This document shows positions 40,625 to 51,273 of a DNA stretch of 64,000 bases, piece after piece. Under the pieces are notes generated by a model that was not told where the DNA came from, did no database searches, and worked only from the letters and a program-made list of their open reading frames with translations. A program made the translations under genes and the position numbers. Source of the DNA: Campylobacteraceae bacterium (lineage in GTDB: Bacteria > Campylobacterota > Campylobacteria > Campylobacterales > Arcobacteraceae). The stretch's first letter is position 1, and each line of letters starts with the position of its first letter. Location of the stretch: positions 1 to 64,000 of the forward strand of contig JABSOM010000010.1 of assembly GCA_013215945.1 (NCBI GenBank). Direction: 5' to 3'.

Positions 40625-41128
40625 TTATTTACTAATATGCAAAGAAACTTCTAAAATTTCATATTCATAGACACAAGAATTGATTATAAACTCAAACTCT
40701 TCGCCTTTTTTTTTGTTTAACAAGCATTTTCCAAGAGGAGAAACATTTGAAATAATCAAAGAAGATGGATTAGCTTCATAGGTACCTAAGATAGAATAAG
40801 TAGAAGTTTTATTTGTATGCAAATTCAAAAGTGTCACACAAGAGCCAAAATTAACACGTGAATGATCTAGTTTATTAATTTCAATTACTTTTGAGCTGTT
40901 AATAATCTTCTCTAAAAATCGCAAGCGTTTATCAATATTACGTAACATTTCTTTTGCGCCTATATATTCTGCATTTTCACTTCTATCCCCAAAAGCAGCT
41001 GCAATTTCTTTTTCTTTGACCCAATGGGGTTTTTGAACCTTATGTAAATCATTAAACTCTTCTACAAAAGTCAAATAACCTTCTTCACTGATTAAATTCA
41101 TTTTGTTTATTGTTTCTTTAAAAAACAT
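40625..41128 (-). CDS. greA: GreA/GreB-family transcript cleavage factor
   Basis: AAFGDRSENAEY acidic-tip motif region and C-terminal FKBP-like domain; 167 aa. Confidence 0.75.
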   Translation of the reverse strand: MFFKETINKMNLISEEGYLTFVEEFNDLHKVQKPHWVKEKEIAAAFGDRSENAEYIGAKEMLRNIDKRLRFLEKIINSSKVIEINKLDHSRVNFGSCVTLLNLHTNKTSTYSILGTYEANPSSLIISNVSPLGKCLLNKKKGEEFEFIINSCVYEYEILEVSLHISK

Positions 41129-41676
41129 GTTAATAAAACAATTTTTGTTCCATTAACTCGTCCCTCAATTTGTAAAGGATTAGATGTTAAAGAGATATTC
41201 CTTACTGCTGTACCTCTTTTAGCAGTAAAACCAGCTCCTTTTACCTCTAGATCTTTAATAATGCTTACGGTATCTCCTGCTTGTAAAATAACGCCATTAC
41301 TGTCTTTTGTAAGAACTTCAATATCTTCCTCTTTTGATAAACCTTTTAAGGCCCATTCTTTAATATCATCTTCTAAGTACATCATGTCCAAAAGTTCTTG
41401 AGGCCAACCTTCAGCTGCTATTTGACTTAGAATTCTAAAAGAAAGTACTTGCACCGCTGGTACTTCACTCCACATAGCATCATTCAAACATCTAAAATGA
41501 TTGGCTTGCATCTTAGAATTATCTTCAATTTGTTCTTTACAAACCTTACATACTATTGCTGTTTGCTCCATACTTCCATCACAAGGTTCAACCTCGAAGA
41601 CATTAAGATCAATACTTGACTTACATAATTCGCAAGTATTGTTACTTCTGTTTAATAAATCTTGTTCAAAAGACAT
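41107..41676 (-). CDS. phnA: PhnA-family protein (N-terminal Zn-ribbon + PhnA C-terminal domain)
   Basis: CELCKSS...CKVCKEQ zinc ribbon; C-terminal VKDSNGVILQAGDTVSIIKDLEVKG PhnA block. Confidence 0.65.
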   Translation of the reverse strand: MSFEQDLLNRSNNTCELCKSSIDLNVFEVEPCDGSMEQTAIVCKVCKEQIEDNSKMQANHFRCLNDAMWSEVPAVQVLSFRILSQIAAEGWPQELLDMMYLEDDIKEWALKGLSKEEDIEVLTKDSNGVILQAGDTVSIIKDLEVKGAGFTAKRGTAVRNISLTSNPLQIEGRVNGTKIVLLTCFLKKQ

Positions 41677-41942
41677 TTTAATCCTTTATACTTTTTTTGA
41701 ATTATATCTTTTTGATATATAAATCAAGATTAGCCCTTTATATTTAAGCTGATTTTTCTTTTGGTAAAGTATTTTTTCCTTGATTTTTATAATAAATAAC
41801 AGTAAAAATTATATATACGAATAAAAAAAGATTACTTTCTAACCCTATCATCAATAAATAATTTGAATATTAAAATAATTCACTGCTTATAAAGTAGATT
41901 TATTGTATTTTAAATATTTAATAATTCCAAAAAGGAGAAGAA

Positions 41943-44342
41943 ATGTCACAAAATAAACTTTTTACAAAAATTCTGATGCTCTTTCTTCTTCCTGCTCTTG
42001 GTACATTTCTCTTTACCTCGCTTATGGTTTATGAAAAAGTTAAAGTCTTTGATCAAATCAAAAATATGCACACAAGCCTTGATTATATGAAGAATGTAAA
42101 AGACTTAATGGATTCTTTGCAAAAAGAACGAAGTATTAGTTCTATTTATTTACTTTCAAAAAAGTTCAAATACAATTTAAACAACCAGCGATTAGAAAGC
42201 AATCAAAATGTTGAAAATATAAAAAAATTTTTTACAAATAATAATAGAATAAAGAACAGTAAAAAAATCGAACAACAACTAGAAGAATTATATACCCTTA
42301 GAAATGAAATTGATCGTTTTTCACTTAAACCTTATGATGCAATTAATAGATACATTTACATCAATAAACTTTTATTAGATTCTACTATCTCAATAAAATT
42401 AGAACATGCTTCATACTTATTTAATAGAACATACTTACATCTCAATAATTTACTTACTATTAAAGAATATGCTGAAATAGAGATTACGTTTATGACTATG
42501 ATTAATGAAAAAAAACTTGATCAGATTAAAATACATAACGATTTAATTAACGCACAAGCGGTTCAAAAGATACATTTAAATGAGTTTTTACTTCGTGCGA
42601 GTAAGGAAGATATTAATAAATATAAAAACCTTATTGAAAAACCTTTTTCCACACAATTAGAATTTATACGAGAAGAGTTTAAAATTGTTTCTTTTGAAGA
42701 TGTGATTTATGTTAAAAACTGGTGGGAAATATTTAGAAGCAGAACATTTAACTTGAATGAAATGTACGATTTTTCTCTTCTTAACGCAAAAGAAGAATTA
42801 TTAGCTTATGAAGAAAAATCAAATAATAAACAACAACTAAGCTTTTTATTTTTATTTTTATCAATAATCATGACTATTATTCTATTGTATTTATTAAAGA
42901 GTATTACAAAAAAAGAAGAAAAAAGTTTTAATGAAGTGGATACTCAACATGAAGTATATAAACTCCTTAATAAAACCAATAAAATCTTATTAAAAATAAA
43001 AGAAGAGAAGGTTTTATTTAACGGTTTATGTTATATGATTTCAAAAAATAAAAACATGAGTTTTGCACTGATTTGTAAAGGTGACAAAAAGATACATGCT
43101 AATTCAAGTCCCTTAAAAGACTATGTTAGTAAAAAAATCAATACACCCATCATTTATAATAAAAGTTTAATTGCAAAAGTATTTGACAGTGGAGAAGGTA
43201 TTATTATTGATACTTTTGAGAAAACAGAAGCTTCTATTTTAGCGTCTGTTGCAAGAAAATACAATTTAAAATCTGCAGCAGCATTTCCTATCATAAAATT
43301 TGGAAAAGTTTATGCAGTACTTATTATTTATTCTAATAAACTTTCATTTTTTAATAATGAAATTGAGATACTGTTTGATAATATGATTAATGATGTTTCA
43401 CATACCCTAGAAAAAATAGCCTATGAAGATATGAGAAAAAAACAAGAAGATGAATTACGTATTGCTTCTTATGCTTTTGAAACCAATGAACCAATGTTAA
43501 TTACAAACAAAAGCTCTCATATTATAAAAGCGAATCAAGCTTTTTGTAATGTTTTAGGATATAGTTTACAAGAACTAGTAAAACAAACACCCAATATGTT
43601 TAAATCCAATTATCATGACAGTGATTTTTTCAAAAATATTTGGAATGATTTATCTCTTCACGGTTCTTGGTCAGGTGAGTTATACAATTATAATAAAAAA
43701 CATGAGCTTCTAGCTTTACGCTCAACGATAACTGCGATTAAAGACAGTAAAGGTGAAGTGACACATTATCTTGCCCAATATTTAGATATATCAAAAGAAA
43801 AAGAAAAAGAAAAAGCACTGGAATTTATAGCCACCCATGACAACTTAACAAAACTTCCTAATAGATTTTTACTTATGGACAGATTAAAACAGGCGCTTTT
43901 AAAAGCAGGAAGAATCAAAAATTATGCTTGTATTTTATTTATTGACTTGGATAATTTCAAAGAAACCAATGATACCATGGGTCATGAAATTGGGGACAAA
44001 CTTCTTATTTTAGTTGCAAATACGCTAAAAAGAACACTTAGAAAAGAAGATACCGTAGCAAGAATTGGAGGGGATGAATTTATTATCTTAGCTCAGAATT
44101 TATCAATTGATTATGAAGAAGCAAAAGCTTATTCAAAAGCACTTGCTAATAAAATTAAAGCTGCTCTAAATGATATAAAAAAGATTGATCAACACACGAA
44201 TATAGTAACACCTAGTATTGGGATTACACTTTTTAACGATAATAAACAAAAAGCCAATGAACTTATAAAACAAGCAGATAAAGCAATGTATCAAGCAAAA
44301 AATTCAGGTAAAAACACTTCTTCTTTTTATGAGCAAACTTAA
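41943..44342 (+). CDS. Membrane sensor diguanylate cyclase: periplasmic NIT (nitrate/nitrite-sensing) domain - TM - GAF-like - PAS - GGDEF
   Basis: NIT hallmark LQKERSISSIYL between two TMs; PAS block around SYAFETNEPMLITNKSSHIIKANQAFCNVLGYS; GGDEF catalytic RIGGDEF. Confidence 0.75.
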   Translation: MSQNKLFTKILMLFLLPALGTFLFTSLMVYEKVKVFDQIKNMHTSLDYMKNVKDLMDSLQKERSISSIYLLSKKFKYNLNNQRLESNQNVENIKKFFTNNNRIKNSKKIEQQLEELYTLRNEIDRFSLKPYDAINRYIYINKLLLDSTISIKLEHASYLFNRTYLHLNNLLTIKEYAEIEITFMTMINEKKLDQIKIHNDLINAQAVQKIHLNEFLLRASKEDINKYKNLIEKPFSTQLEFIREEFKIVSFEDVIYVKNWWEIFRSRTFNLNEMYDFSLLNAKEELLAYEEKSNNKQQLSFLFLFLSIIMTIILLYLLKSITKKEEKSFNEVDTQHEVYKLLNKTNKILLKIKEEKVLFNGLCYMISKNKNMSFALICKGDKKIHANSSPLKDYVSKKINTPIIYNKSLIAKVFDSGEGIIIDTFEKTEASILASVARKYNLKSAAAFPIIKFGKVYAVLIIYSNKLSFFNNEIEILFDNMINDVSHTLEKIAYEDMRKKQEDELRIASYAFETNEPMLITNKSSHIIKANQAFCNVLGYSLQELVKQTPNMFKSNYHDSDFFKNIWNDLSLHGSWSGELYNYNKKHELLALRSTITAIKDSKGEVTHYLAQYLDISKEKEKEKALEFIATHDNLTKLPNRFLLMDRLKQALLKAGRIKNYACILFIDLDNFKETNDTMGHEIGDKLLILVANTLKRTLRKEDTVARIGGDEFIILAQNLSIDYEEAKAYSKALANKIKAALNDIKKIDQHTNIVTPSIGITLFNDNKQKANELIKQADKAMYQAKNSGKNTSSFYEQT

Positions 44343-44363
44343 GAAGCTAAAAAGGCATAAGAG

Positions 44364-45989
44364 TTAAAGAGAAAGTGGAATGATAATTTTAAATAATACG
44401 CCTTTCCCTTCTTCACTAACACAAGTTATTTTTCCTTTTAAATTATTATTAATAATATTGTAAATAATATTAAGTCCTAACCCAGTTCCTCCACTTTCTC
44501 TATTGGTTGTAAAAAATGGATTAAAAATTTTTGACAAATGTTCTTTTTTAATGCCTTTACCATCGTCTTTATAATTAATAATTAAATTTTTATTTTTGCT
44601 TTCAATATTAATTAGAATACATCCTTTATCTTTTATCCCATATGCATGACGAATTGAATTAATAACAAGGTTTGAAATAACCTGTGAAAATGCGCCAGGA
44701 TAACTATTAAGCATGATATCACTGTTCCCCTCTACTCTGATGTCTATTTCAGTTTTTTTCGTTATATTGCTTATGCTTAACAAGGTATCATTTATATATT
44801 CTTTTAAATTAAAACACCTTTTATCTTCACTGATTTGATCAACAGATACTTGTTTAAAACTTTTTATTAATGTAGCTGTTTTGTTAAGATTAACAAATAT
44901 CATTTGTGCAAGTTCTTTGGAAGTCTTTAAAAAATCTTCAAATTCTTCTTGACTCATCTCATTTTTATCATAAAGTTTGATTATATTTTTATTCATTTCA
45001 ATAAAATGAGTAATTGCTGTAATTCCTATTCCAATAGGAGTATTGATTTCATGAGCAACTCCAGCAACTAGCCCACCTAAAGAGGCCATTTTTTCTGATT
45101 CAATTAATTTTTCTTGAGTTAGGTTGAGATTCTCTAATATTTGTTCCAATTCTTTATACGATTTTTCTAATTCAGTCGTTCTGTATTTGACTTTATCTTC
45201 AAGTATAATATTGTGATGTTCCAATTCTTTAATACTTGTTTTTATTTTATCTCTCATTATTATAAAGTTCTTTGCTAAAATACTAAGCTCAATACTTCCG
45301 TAGATAGCAATAGGCGTATCTAAATTTCCAGAAGCAATTTCTTTTGAAACTTTACTTAAAGAATCAATCGGTTTAAGAATGTATCGTACGATTGTAATAA
45401 TAGATAAAGAAATGAGGACAAGAATAATAAGCAAAGTAATTAAAAATTCATTCCTATAAGCATATAGTTCTTTATATTTTAAAGAAGTAGGTACTTCAAA
45501 GCCAATTATCCAGTCCCATTGTTTAAAATGCTTGAAAATTATCCAAATATCTTTTTTATTGTGCATTAGAGTAATATCCCCTTCTTTTAATTCTAATACT
45601 GTCAAATAATTTTTTTCTTTTTCATATAATTTTTTGTTTTTTTGTTTGTATTTTCCATGTAAGAGATACTCTTTTTCATCACTAATAACAAAAGGTAATA
45701 AAGAAGAATCAAGCTCATTTTTATAAAATATTTCTTTTAATACTTTTATTGTTCCTTCTTGGAAACTTTCTTTGAAAGCAACTTCCATTCCTGTTTTTTT
45801 TAAAATATTGTATTTTTGCTCAATTAAAAAAAGTATATTATCTATTTTCTGATTGTATACATGGGCTTGAGAATTATTCACTTTTTCTTTAAAATTATTA
45901 TAAGAAAAATAAAATAATACTCCCATGCTTAACAATAAAACAATAAGAATAGAGCTTAAAAGTTGTGTTTTTAATGAAATTTTTAACAT
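44364..45989 (-). CDS. Sensor histidine kinase (periplasmic sensor domain, HAMP, HisKA HEINTPI, HATPase_c)
   Basis: Two TMs flanking ~150-aa periplasmic domain; H-box AHEINTP; G-boxes GTGLGL. No cognate response regulator adjacent. Confidence 0.8.
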   Translation of the reverse strand: MLKISLKTQLLSSILIVLLLSMGVLFYFSYNNFKEKVNNSQAHVYNQKIDNILFLIEQKYNILKKTGMEVAFKESFQEGTIKVLKEIFYKNELDSSLLPFVISDEKEYLLHGKYKQKNKKLYEKEKNYLTVLELKEGDITLMHNKKDIWIIFKHFKQWDWIIGFEVPTSLKYKELYAYRNEFLITLLIILVLISLSIITIVRYILKPIDSLSKVSKEIASGNLDTPIAIYGSIELSILAKNFIIMRDKIKTSIKELEHHNIILEDKVKYRTTELEKSYKELEQILENLNLTQEKLIESEKMASLGGLVAGVAHEINTPIGIGITAITHFIEMNKNIIKLYDKNEMSQEEFEDFLKTSKELAQMIFVNLNKTATLIKSFKQVSVDQISEDKRCFNLKEYINDTLLSISNITKKTEIDIRVEGNSDIMLNSYPGAFSQVISNLVINSIRHAYGIKDKGCILINIESKNKNLIINYKDDGKGIKKEHLSKIFNPFFTTNRESGGTGLGLNIIYNIINNNLKGKITCVSEEGKGVLFKIIIPLSL

Positions 45990-46087
45990 TTTTTATACTT
46001 TATTCTTGTTTTTACATATAATTGCACACAAAATTAATCTTAAAAACACATACTTTATTAATGTTTGATTCATATTATTTCCCTCTT

Positions 46088-47047
46088 CTAATGAACAATA
46101 TTCGCATTTTCTAATAATTCAAATGGAAAATGTATATTTAGTTCTTTCATTAGTGCAGCATTAATATACATTTTTGCAATTTTGTTTTTAACATATGCTA
46201 TATCTTTTGTTTTCTCACCTTTTAAAATACGTATTGCCGTTTTCATTGCCCACTCACCTTGTTCTTCAGGTTTTTTAGCAAAGGTTAATAGGGTAAACCC
46301 TGAGACTTGAGAGATTCCTGCAATACTTGGAATTAATGTATTTTTTTTCACAAAAGTCGCTAATTCCTCTCGCACTTCTTTTTTAAATGTATAGGGTGAG
46401 AAACTACTCAAAATTAAAATATCTACGTTCTTTTGAAAATAAAGATATTTTTTTTTCCAATCTTCTACATTAGAAACAAAAAGTGCTTCTATGTTTTTTT
46501 CGAATTTTTGATGGGCAAGAAATTCTTTTTTATCAGAGATAACATCTGCTCCTAAATATCCCAAGGTATTGCCTTTTGCATATTTTTGTATTATATTTAC
46601 GAGTCCTTCGATAAATTCAACTTCTATCATTCCTGTTACATTATTTCTCGAAAAGTTATATTCTTTTGCGCTTCCATTAATACCGCAGAAAACAAAAGGC
46701 AAAGTAGAATTATTATAATACGGAACAATAAGATATTTTGCCGCATTATCATCACAAGCTATTACTACATCGGGCTTAAAGTTTTCAATTACTTGTTTTG
46801 CTTTTAAAGCAGCTTCTTTTTTAAAGGATTCAGAAGGGTTTATTTTGGTATTCATATGGAAAATTTTTAACTCAATTCTTAAAGAACTGTTATTTTTGCT
46901 AGTTTTTATTCCTCTTTTTATTCCAGCACTCCATTCATATTCTTCACTATAAGAATCAATAAAAAGTACTCTTTTTGTATCCTCTGCATTTGCAAATAAA
47001 TAAAATGGAATAAACATAATCACACACAGAAAATAAATTTTTTTCAT
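46088..47047 (-). CDS. Periplasmic substrate-binding protein of the ABC_sub_bind (PF04392-like) family
   Basis: Signal peptide; KPDVVIACDDNAAKYLIV and LPFVFCGINGSAKEYNFSRNNVTGMIEV blocks match that family. Confidence 0.55.
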   Translation of the reverse strand: MKKIYFLCVIMFIPFYLFANAEDTKRVLFIDSYSEEYEWSAGIKRGIKTSKNNSSLRIELKIFHMNTKINPSESFKKEAALKAKQVIENFKPDVVIACDDNAAKYLIVPYYNNSTLPFVFCGINGSAKEYNFSRNNVTGMIEVEFIEGLVNIIQKYAKGNTLGYLGADVISDKKEFLAHQKFEKNIEALFVSNVEDWKKKYLYFQKNVDILILSSFSPYTFKKEVREELATFVKKNTLIPSIAGISQVSGFTLLTFAKKPEEQGEWAMKTAIRILKGEKTKDIAYVKNKIAKMYINAALMKELNIHFPFELLENANIVH

Positions 47048-47056
47048 AATAGTTCC

Positions 47057-48016
47057 TTATTCAACTATGCTTGCATTTTCTAATAAAGCAAGAGGTAATA
47101 CAATTTTTAGTTTTTTCATTAACGTTACATTTATATAAATTTCTGCTTTTTTGTTTTGAACTATTTTTATCTCTGAAGTTCTTTTACCTTTTAAAATATC
47201 TAAGGCTGTATTAGCAGCCCATTCTCCTTGCTCTTCTGGTTTATTTGCAAAAGTAAGCAAAGTAATTTCACTTCCAGCTTTTACTGTTGAAACACTAGGA
47301 ATGATTGTATGCTTTAAAATATATTGTTTTAAATATTTTTTTGTAATTGAAGCCCTAAGCTTTGGAAACGTTCCTAATATTAAAATATCTGCTTCTTTTT
47401 GAGCCATTACAAAATATTTTTCAAGCTCATTTTTACTAGTAATAAAGTAGGTCTTCACTTTAGTTTTTAGTTTTTTTTCAAAAGTAAGAACTACTTTATG
47501 AGAAGAAGCAGTATCATCATTAAAATAAACAATACGATTCCCTTTTGAGTATTTTTTAATAACCTCTATTAATTGTGGAATTAAGGTTACTTCTAACATG
47601 CCAGTAACATTTTTATTAGAAAAATTATATATCTTTGCACTGCCATTAATTCCACAAAAAACAAAAGGCAAAGAACTGTTTAAATAATAAGGAACAATCA
47701 CATACTTAGCAGCATTGTCATCTGAAACAATGACTACATCAGGCTTAAAACTCTCAATTATATGTTTTACGTTTAAACCTGCTTTTATTTTAAATTTTTC
47801 AGAATAATTTAATTTTGTATTCATTTCTATTATTTTTAAGTCAATTTTCATCTCTGATGCTCTTATTGTTTTTTCAATAGCTTTAGTAATACTATCACTC
47901 CAAGCATAACCACTGTGATAAGAATTTACATACAATACTTTTTTTATTGTTTCACTTTTTGCATAAATATTTAGAGGTACAAATACGATTAGCAAAATAT
48001 ACAAAATATATTTCAT
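47057..48016 (-). CDS. Periplasmic substrate-binding protein of the ABC_sub_bind (PF04392-like) family, tandem paralog
   Basis: Same blocks (KPDVVIVSDDNAAKYVIVPYY; LPFVFCGINGSAKIYNFSNKNVTGMLEV). Confidence 0.55.
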   Translation of the reverse strand: MKYILYILLIVFVPLNIYAKSETIKKVLYVNSYHSGYAWSDSITKAIEKTIRASEMKIDLKIIEMNTKLNYSEKFKIKAGLNVKHIIESFKPDVVIVSDDNAAKYVIVPYYLNSSLPFVFCGINGSAKIYNFSNKNVTGMLEVTLIPQLIEVIKKYSKGNRIVYFNDDTASSHKVVLTFEKKLKTKVKTYFITSKNELEKYFVMAQKEADILILGTFPKLRASITKKYLKQYILKHTIIPSVSTVKAGSEITLLTFANKPEEQGEWAANTALDILKGKRTSEIKIVQNKKAEIYINVTLMKKLKIVLPLALLENASIVE

Positions 48017-48311
48017 TTTTTCTCCTTTAGATTAATTATTAAACGAATAATATTTGAATTTTTTAATAAGTCAAAAGGAAGAAAAAGAATCACAATAAAT
48101 AAAAATTTTTTCATTATAATACATCCTTTAATAAATAATTAAATATATTATATACTCAATTGGAATTATTTTACTTAAGACAGAAGTTTATATCAATATT
48201 TTTAGTTTTGCCAAGTAAATAACAAGTGAATACTCGTACTTTTTTGAAAAAATACAAAAACTATAATTATTTACTAAGAATTTTGTTTTAATTGGCAAGT
48301 CTAAAAAAATA

Positions 48312-48947
48312 TTACTTCTTATTTTCTTTAAGTTTTACTCGCAGTTCTTTCATAAATCGTAAAGAAGGGTCGTGTTTGATTGTTCTATATGAAACATCTT
48401 TTTCTAACCATAAAGAATGTTTTTCATATCTTTGATATTCAGAATGAGCAATGAGGTAAGTAATACTTGAATATTTTTTCTTAAGATATTTAATAAGTTC
48501 ACTATTGGCTTCTAATTGTTTTTGGCTTAGATTATCTTCAAAATTTTCACCGCCTACATTCTCAATACCAATACTGGAATAATTAAGACCAATTACATGT
48601 CTTGCCATAGTTGTTTCATCCATCATTTGATAAATACTACCATCTCTATCTACTAAAAAATGTGTTGAAACATTTAATTTACCTGCTTTTTTTATATCGC
48701 CTCTGTCATTTGGTAAAACAGAAGCATAAAAGCGCATAAAGGAGGTGTTAAAATCATTGATTCCTGTATGGTGCACTACTATAATTTCAGGCTTTATTTT
48801 TATATTGTTTACTTCAAGGGAATAATGCGATTTTATATATTCTTTTGTAAGTTCTACTCTTTTATTATCAAAAATAATTCTTTTTTGAATAATATCAATA
48901 GCAAAAAATTCTGACAAAAGAAGGAATATTAGTATTATAATTTTCAT
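48312..48947 (-). CDS. Secreted N-acetylmuramoyl-L-alanine amidase (amidase_2/AmpD-AmiD fold)
   Basis: PEIIVVHHTG...STHFLVDRDGSIYQMMDETTMARHV zinc amidase motifs; signal peptide. Confidence 0.75.
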   Translation of the reverse strand: MKIIILIFLLLSEFFAIDIIQKRIIFDNKRVELTKEYIKSHYSLEVNNIKIKPEIIVVHHTGINDFNTSFMRFYASVLPNDRGDIKKAGKLNVSTHFLVDRDGSIYQMMDETTMARHVIGLNYSSIGIENVGGENFEDNLSQKQLEANSELIKYLKKKYSSITYLIAHSEYQRYEKHSLWLEKDVSYRTIKHDPSLRFMKELRVKLKENKK

Positions 48948-48975
48948 ATTCTATTGTATCTTTATCAACGTATTT

Positions 48976-49809
48976 TTATTCATCTAAAGATACTTTCTTT
49001 AAATAAGTACTTATTTTGGGTACATTGTTTTTTCTACAAACCAAACAAGTAGGAATATTTACAATACTTTTATCTACTTTTGTAATTTTTACTTTATTTA
49101 AATAACCATATCGTTGCACAATTGATTTAGGTAAGATAGTACTTCCCATTCCAAGCTCCACACAAGCAAGAATAACTTCAAAATTAGCCATTTCTAAGAC
49201 TTCATAATCACTAATACCCAAATATTCATAATAGATTTTTGAAGCATTAAAAAAAGCACAAATACCTTCATGCCCTAAAATAGTCTTCTTTGAAGCTTCC
49301 TTTTTTGATTCTATAAATAATAAATCATTGTCAAACTTTTTTAATAAGATTAAATTTTCATGTTTGGGTTCATTATTAATAAAAGCAATATCCACTTTGT
49401 ATTCCAATAACATTTGCGTAAGCGCTATAGTATTATTGGTAACCAGTTCTAATTTAATTTCGCAGTGATCTTTATTTAATTTTTTTAATAAAGGAATGAG
49501 TCTCATTTTTGTATTAGAATACGTAGAGCCTATTATAAGTGAGTCTTGTTTTTTTATATTTCTAATCTGGGACGTAGCTTCTTTTACTTTATCTACTATT
49601 TCTTCTGCTAAAGGTAAAAGTTTTTCTCCTTCTTTAGTTAATAATACTCCTTTAGGAACACGATGGAAGAGCTCAAATGAAATATTCTTTTCTAATTGTT
49701 TGATTCGTAAACTTACATTTGTTTGTGTCACTTTTAATTTTTTAGCAGCCAGACTAATACTTTTTTTCTTAGCCACTTCTACAAAAACCTTCAAAAGATT
49801 TGAATCCAT
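48976..49809 (-). CDS. LysR-family transcriptional regulator
   Basis: N-terminal HTH LKVFVEVAKKKSISLAAKKLKVTQTNVSLRIKQLE and LysR substrate-binding domain. Confidence 0.85.
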   Translation of the reverse strand: MDSNLLKVFVEVAKKKSISLAAKKLKVTQTNVSLRIKQLEKNISFELFHRVPKGVLLTKEGEKLLPLAEEIVDKVKEATSQIRNIKKQDSLIIGSTYSNTKMRLIPLLKKLNKDHCEIKLELVTNNTIALTQMLLEYKVDIAFINNEPKHENLILLKKFDNDLLFIESKKEASKKTILGHEGICAFFNASKIYYEYLGISDYEVLEMANFEVILACVELGMGSTILPKSIVQRYGYLNKVKITKVDKSIVNIPTCLVCRKNNVPKISTYLKKVSLDE

Positions 49810-49913
49810 ATAATCATCCTTTATATAATCAATAATTATTCATTATTTGACATAGTATAACTAATAGTAATACAATGTCAAATAAATAAATCATATTAGA
49901 CAAGGGAAAAAAT

Positions 49914-51197
49914 ATGGATAAGCAAAAAATACTAAATATTTTAAGAGAAGAGATTGTACCTGCACAAGGTTGTACAGAACCAATTGCAATAGCTTATGTT
50001 TGCGCAAAAGCAAAAGAAGTATTGGGTTATATGCCTTCAAAAATTGACATTTATGTATCTGGAAATATGATAAAAAATGTCAAATCAGTTACCATTCCAA
50101 ACAGTGAAGGCATGGTTGGAATAGAAGCAGCAGTAGCATTAGGCCTTAGTGCAGGAGATTCTAAAAAAGAATTAATGGTAATTAGTGATTTAAGTAAAAA
50201 AGACATACAAAAAGCAAAACACTACTTAGACACTCATACTATAAATGTAATTCATGATAAAAGCTCTGTTAAACTTTATATAAGAGTAGAAGCTTTTTAC
50301 AAGAATGATTTTGCACTCGTTGAGATAAAACATTTTCACACCAATATTACAAGAATTGAAAAAAACAAAAAAATTCTAGTGGAACAAATTTGTAATGATA
50401 TTGATTTTAAAACAACTAAAGATGATCGTGCAGATTTAAGTATCAAAACTATTTATAGTTTTGCTAAAAGTATTGATACAAAAGAAGTGGAAGACTTATT
50501 TGATCAAGTAATACGTCTAAATTCAAGTATTGCAAATGCAGGGTTAAAAGAAGAATTTGGGGTTAACATAGGAAGTTTGATTCAAAAAAATATGAATGAA
50601 GGTTTTTATGGAAAAGACATACGAAATAAATGTGTTTCTTTTACAGCAGCAGGAAGTGATGCACGAATGAGTGGCTGTTCTTTACCTGTTATGACCACAA
50701 GTGGTAGTGGAAACCAAGGAATGACAGCTTCTTTGCCTATTATAAAATATGCCCAAGAAAAAAAGTTATCAAAAGAACAATTAATTAGAGGCCTAGTATT
50801 TTCTCATCTTTCAACCATTCATTTAAAAACAAGTGTGGGAAGACTTTCTGCTTATTGTGGAGTAATGTGTGCTGCTAGTGCTGTTGCAGGTGCAATTTCT
50901 TTTTTAGAAGAAGCCACTTATGATACCGTGGCAAATTCCATTAGTAATAACCTTGGAAATGTTTCAGGCATTATTTGTGATGGAGCAAAAGCATCCTGTG
51001 CAACTAAAATTGCCACTGGTTTATATGCTGCGTTTGATTCCTCTATGCTTGCATTAAATCAAAAATACTTACAAGATGGAGAAGGTATTATTTCTTCGAA
51101 TGTAGAAGCTACCATTAAAAACATTGGGGTATTAGCACAAGTAGGTATGAGAAAAACAGATGAAGTTATTTTAAATATTATGCAAAAAAAGACATAA
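49914..51197 (+). CDS. L-cysteine desulfidase-family protein (UPF0597/YhaM-CyuA, serine-dehydratase-like)
   Basis: EIVPAQGCTEPIAIAYVCAKA and MTTSGSGNQGMTASLPI conserved blocks; 427 aa. Confidence 0.65.
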   Translation: MDKQKILNILREEIVPAQGCTEPIAIAYVCAKAKEVLGYMPSKIDIYVSGNMIKNVKSVTIPNSEGMVGIEAAVALGLSAGDSKKELMVISDLSKKDIQKAKHYLDTHTINVIHDKSSVKLYIRVEAFYKNDFALVEIKHFHTNITRIEKNKKILVEQICNDIDFKTTKDDRADLSIKTIYSFAKSIDTKEVEDLFDQVIRLNSSIANAGLKEEFGVNIGSLIQKNMNEGFYGKDIRNKCVSFTAAGSDARMSGCSLPVMTTSGSGNQGMTASLPIIKYAQEKKLSKEQLIRGLVFSHLSTIHLKTSVGRLSAYCGVMCAASAVAGAISFLEEATYDTVANSISNNLGNVSGIICDGAKASCATKIATGLYAAFDSSMLALNQKYLQDGEGIISSNVEATIKNIGVLAQVGMRKTDEVILNIMQKKT

Positions 51198-51273
51198 AAA
51201 CTTTTCTTTCATAAAACCGAATAAGAAATATTTTTAGCACAGTGATGCTAAAATTTTCTTATTCGTCCCTACT

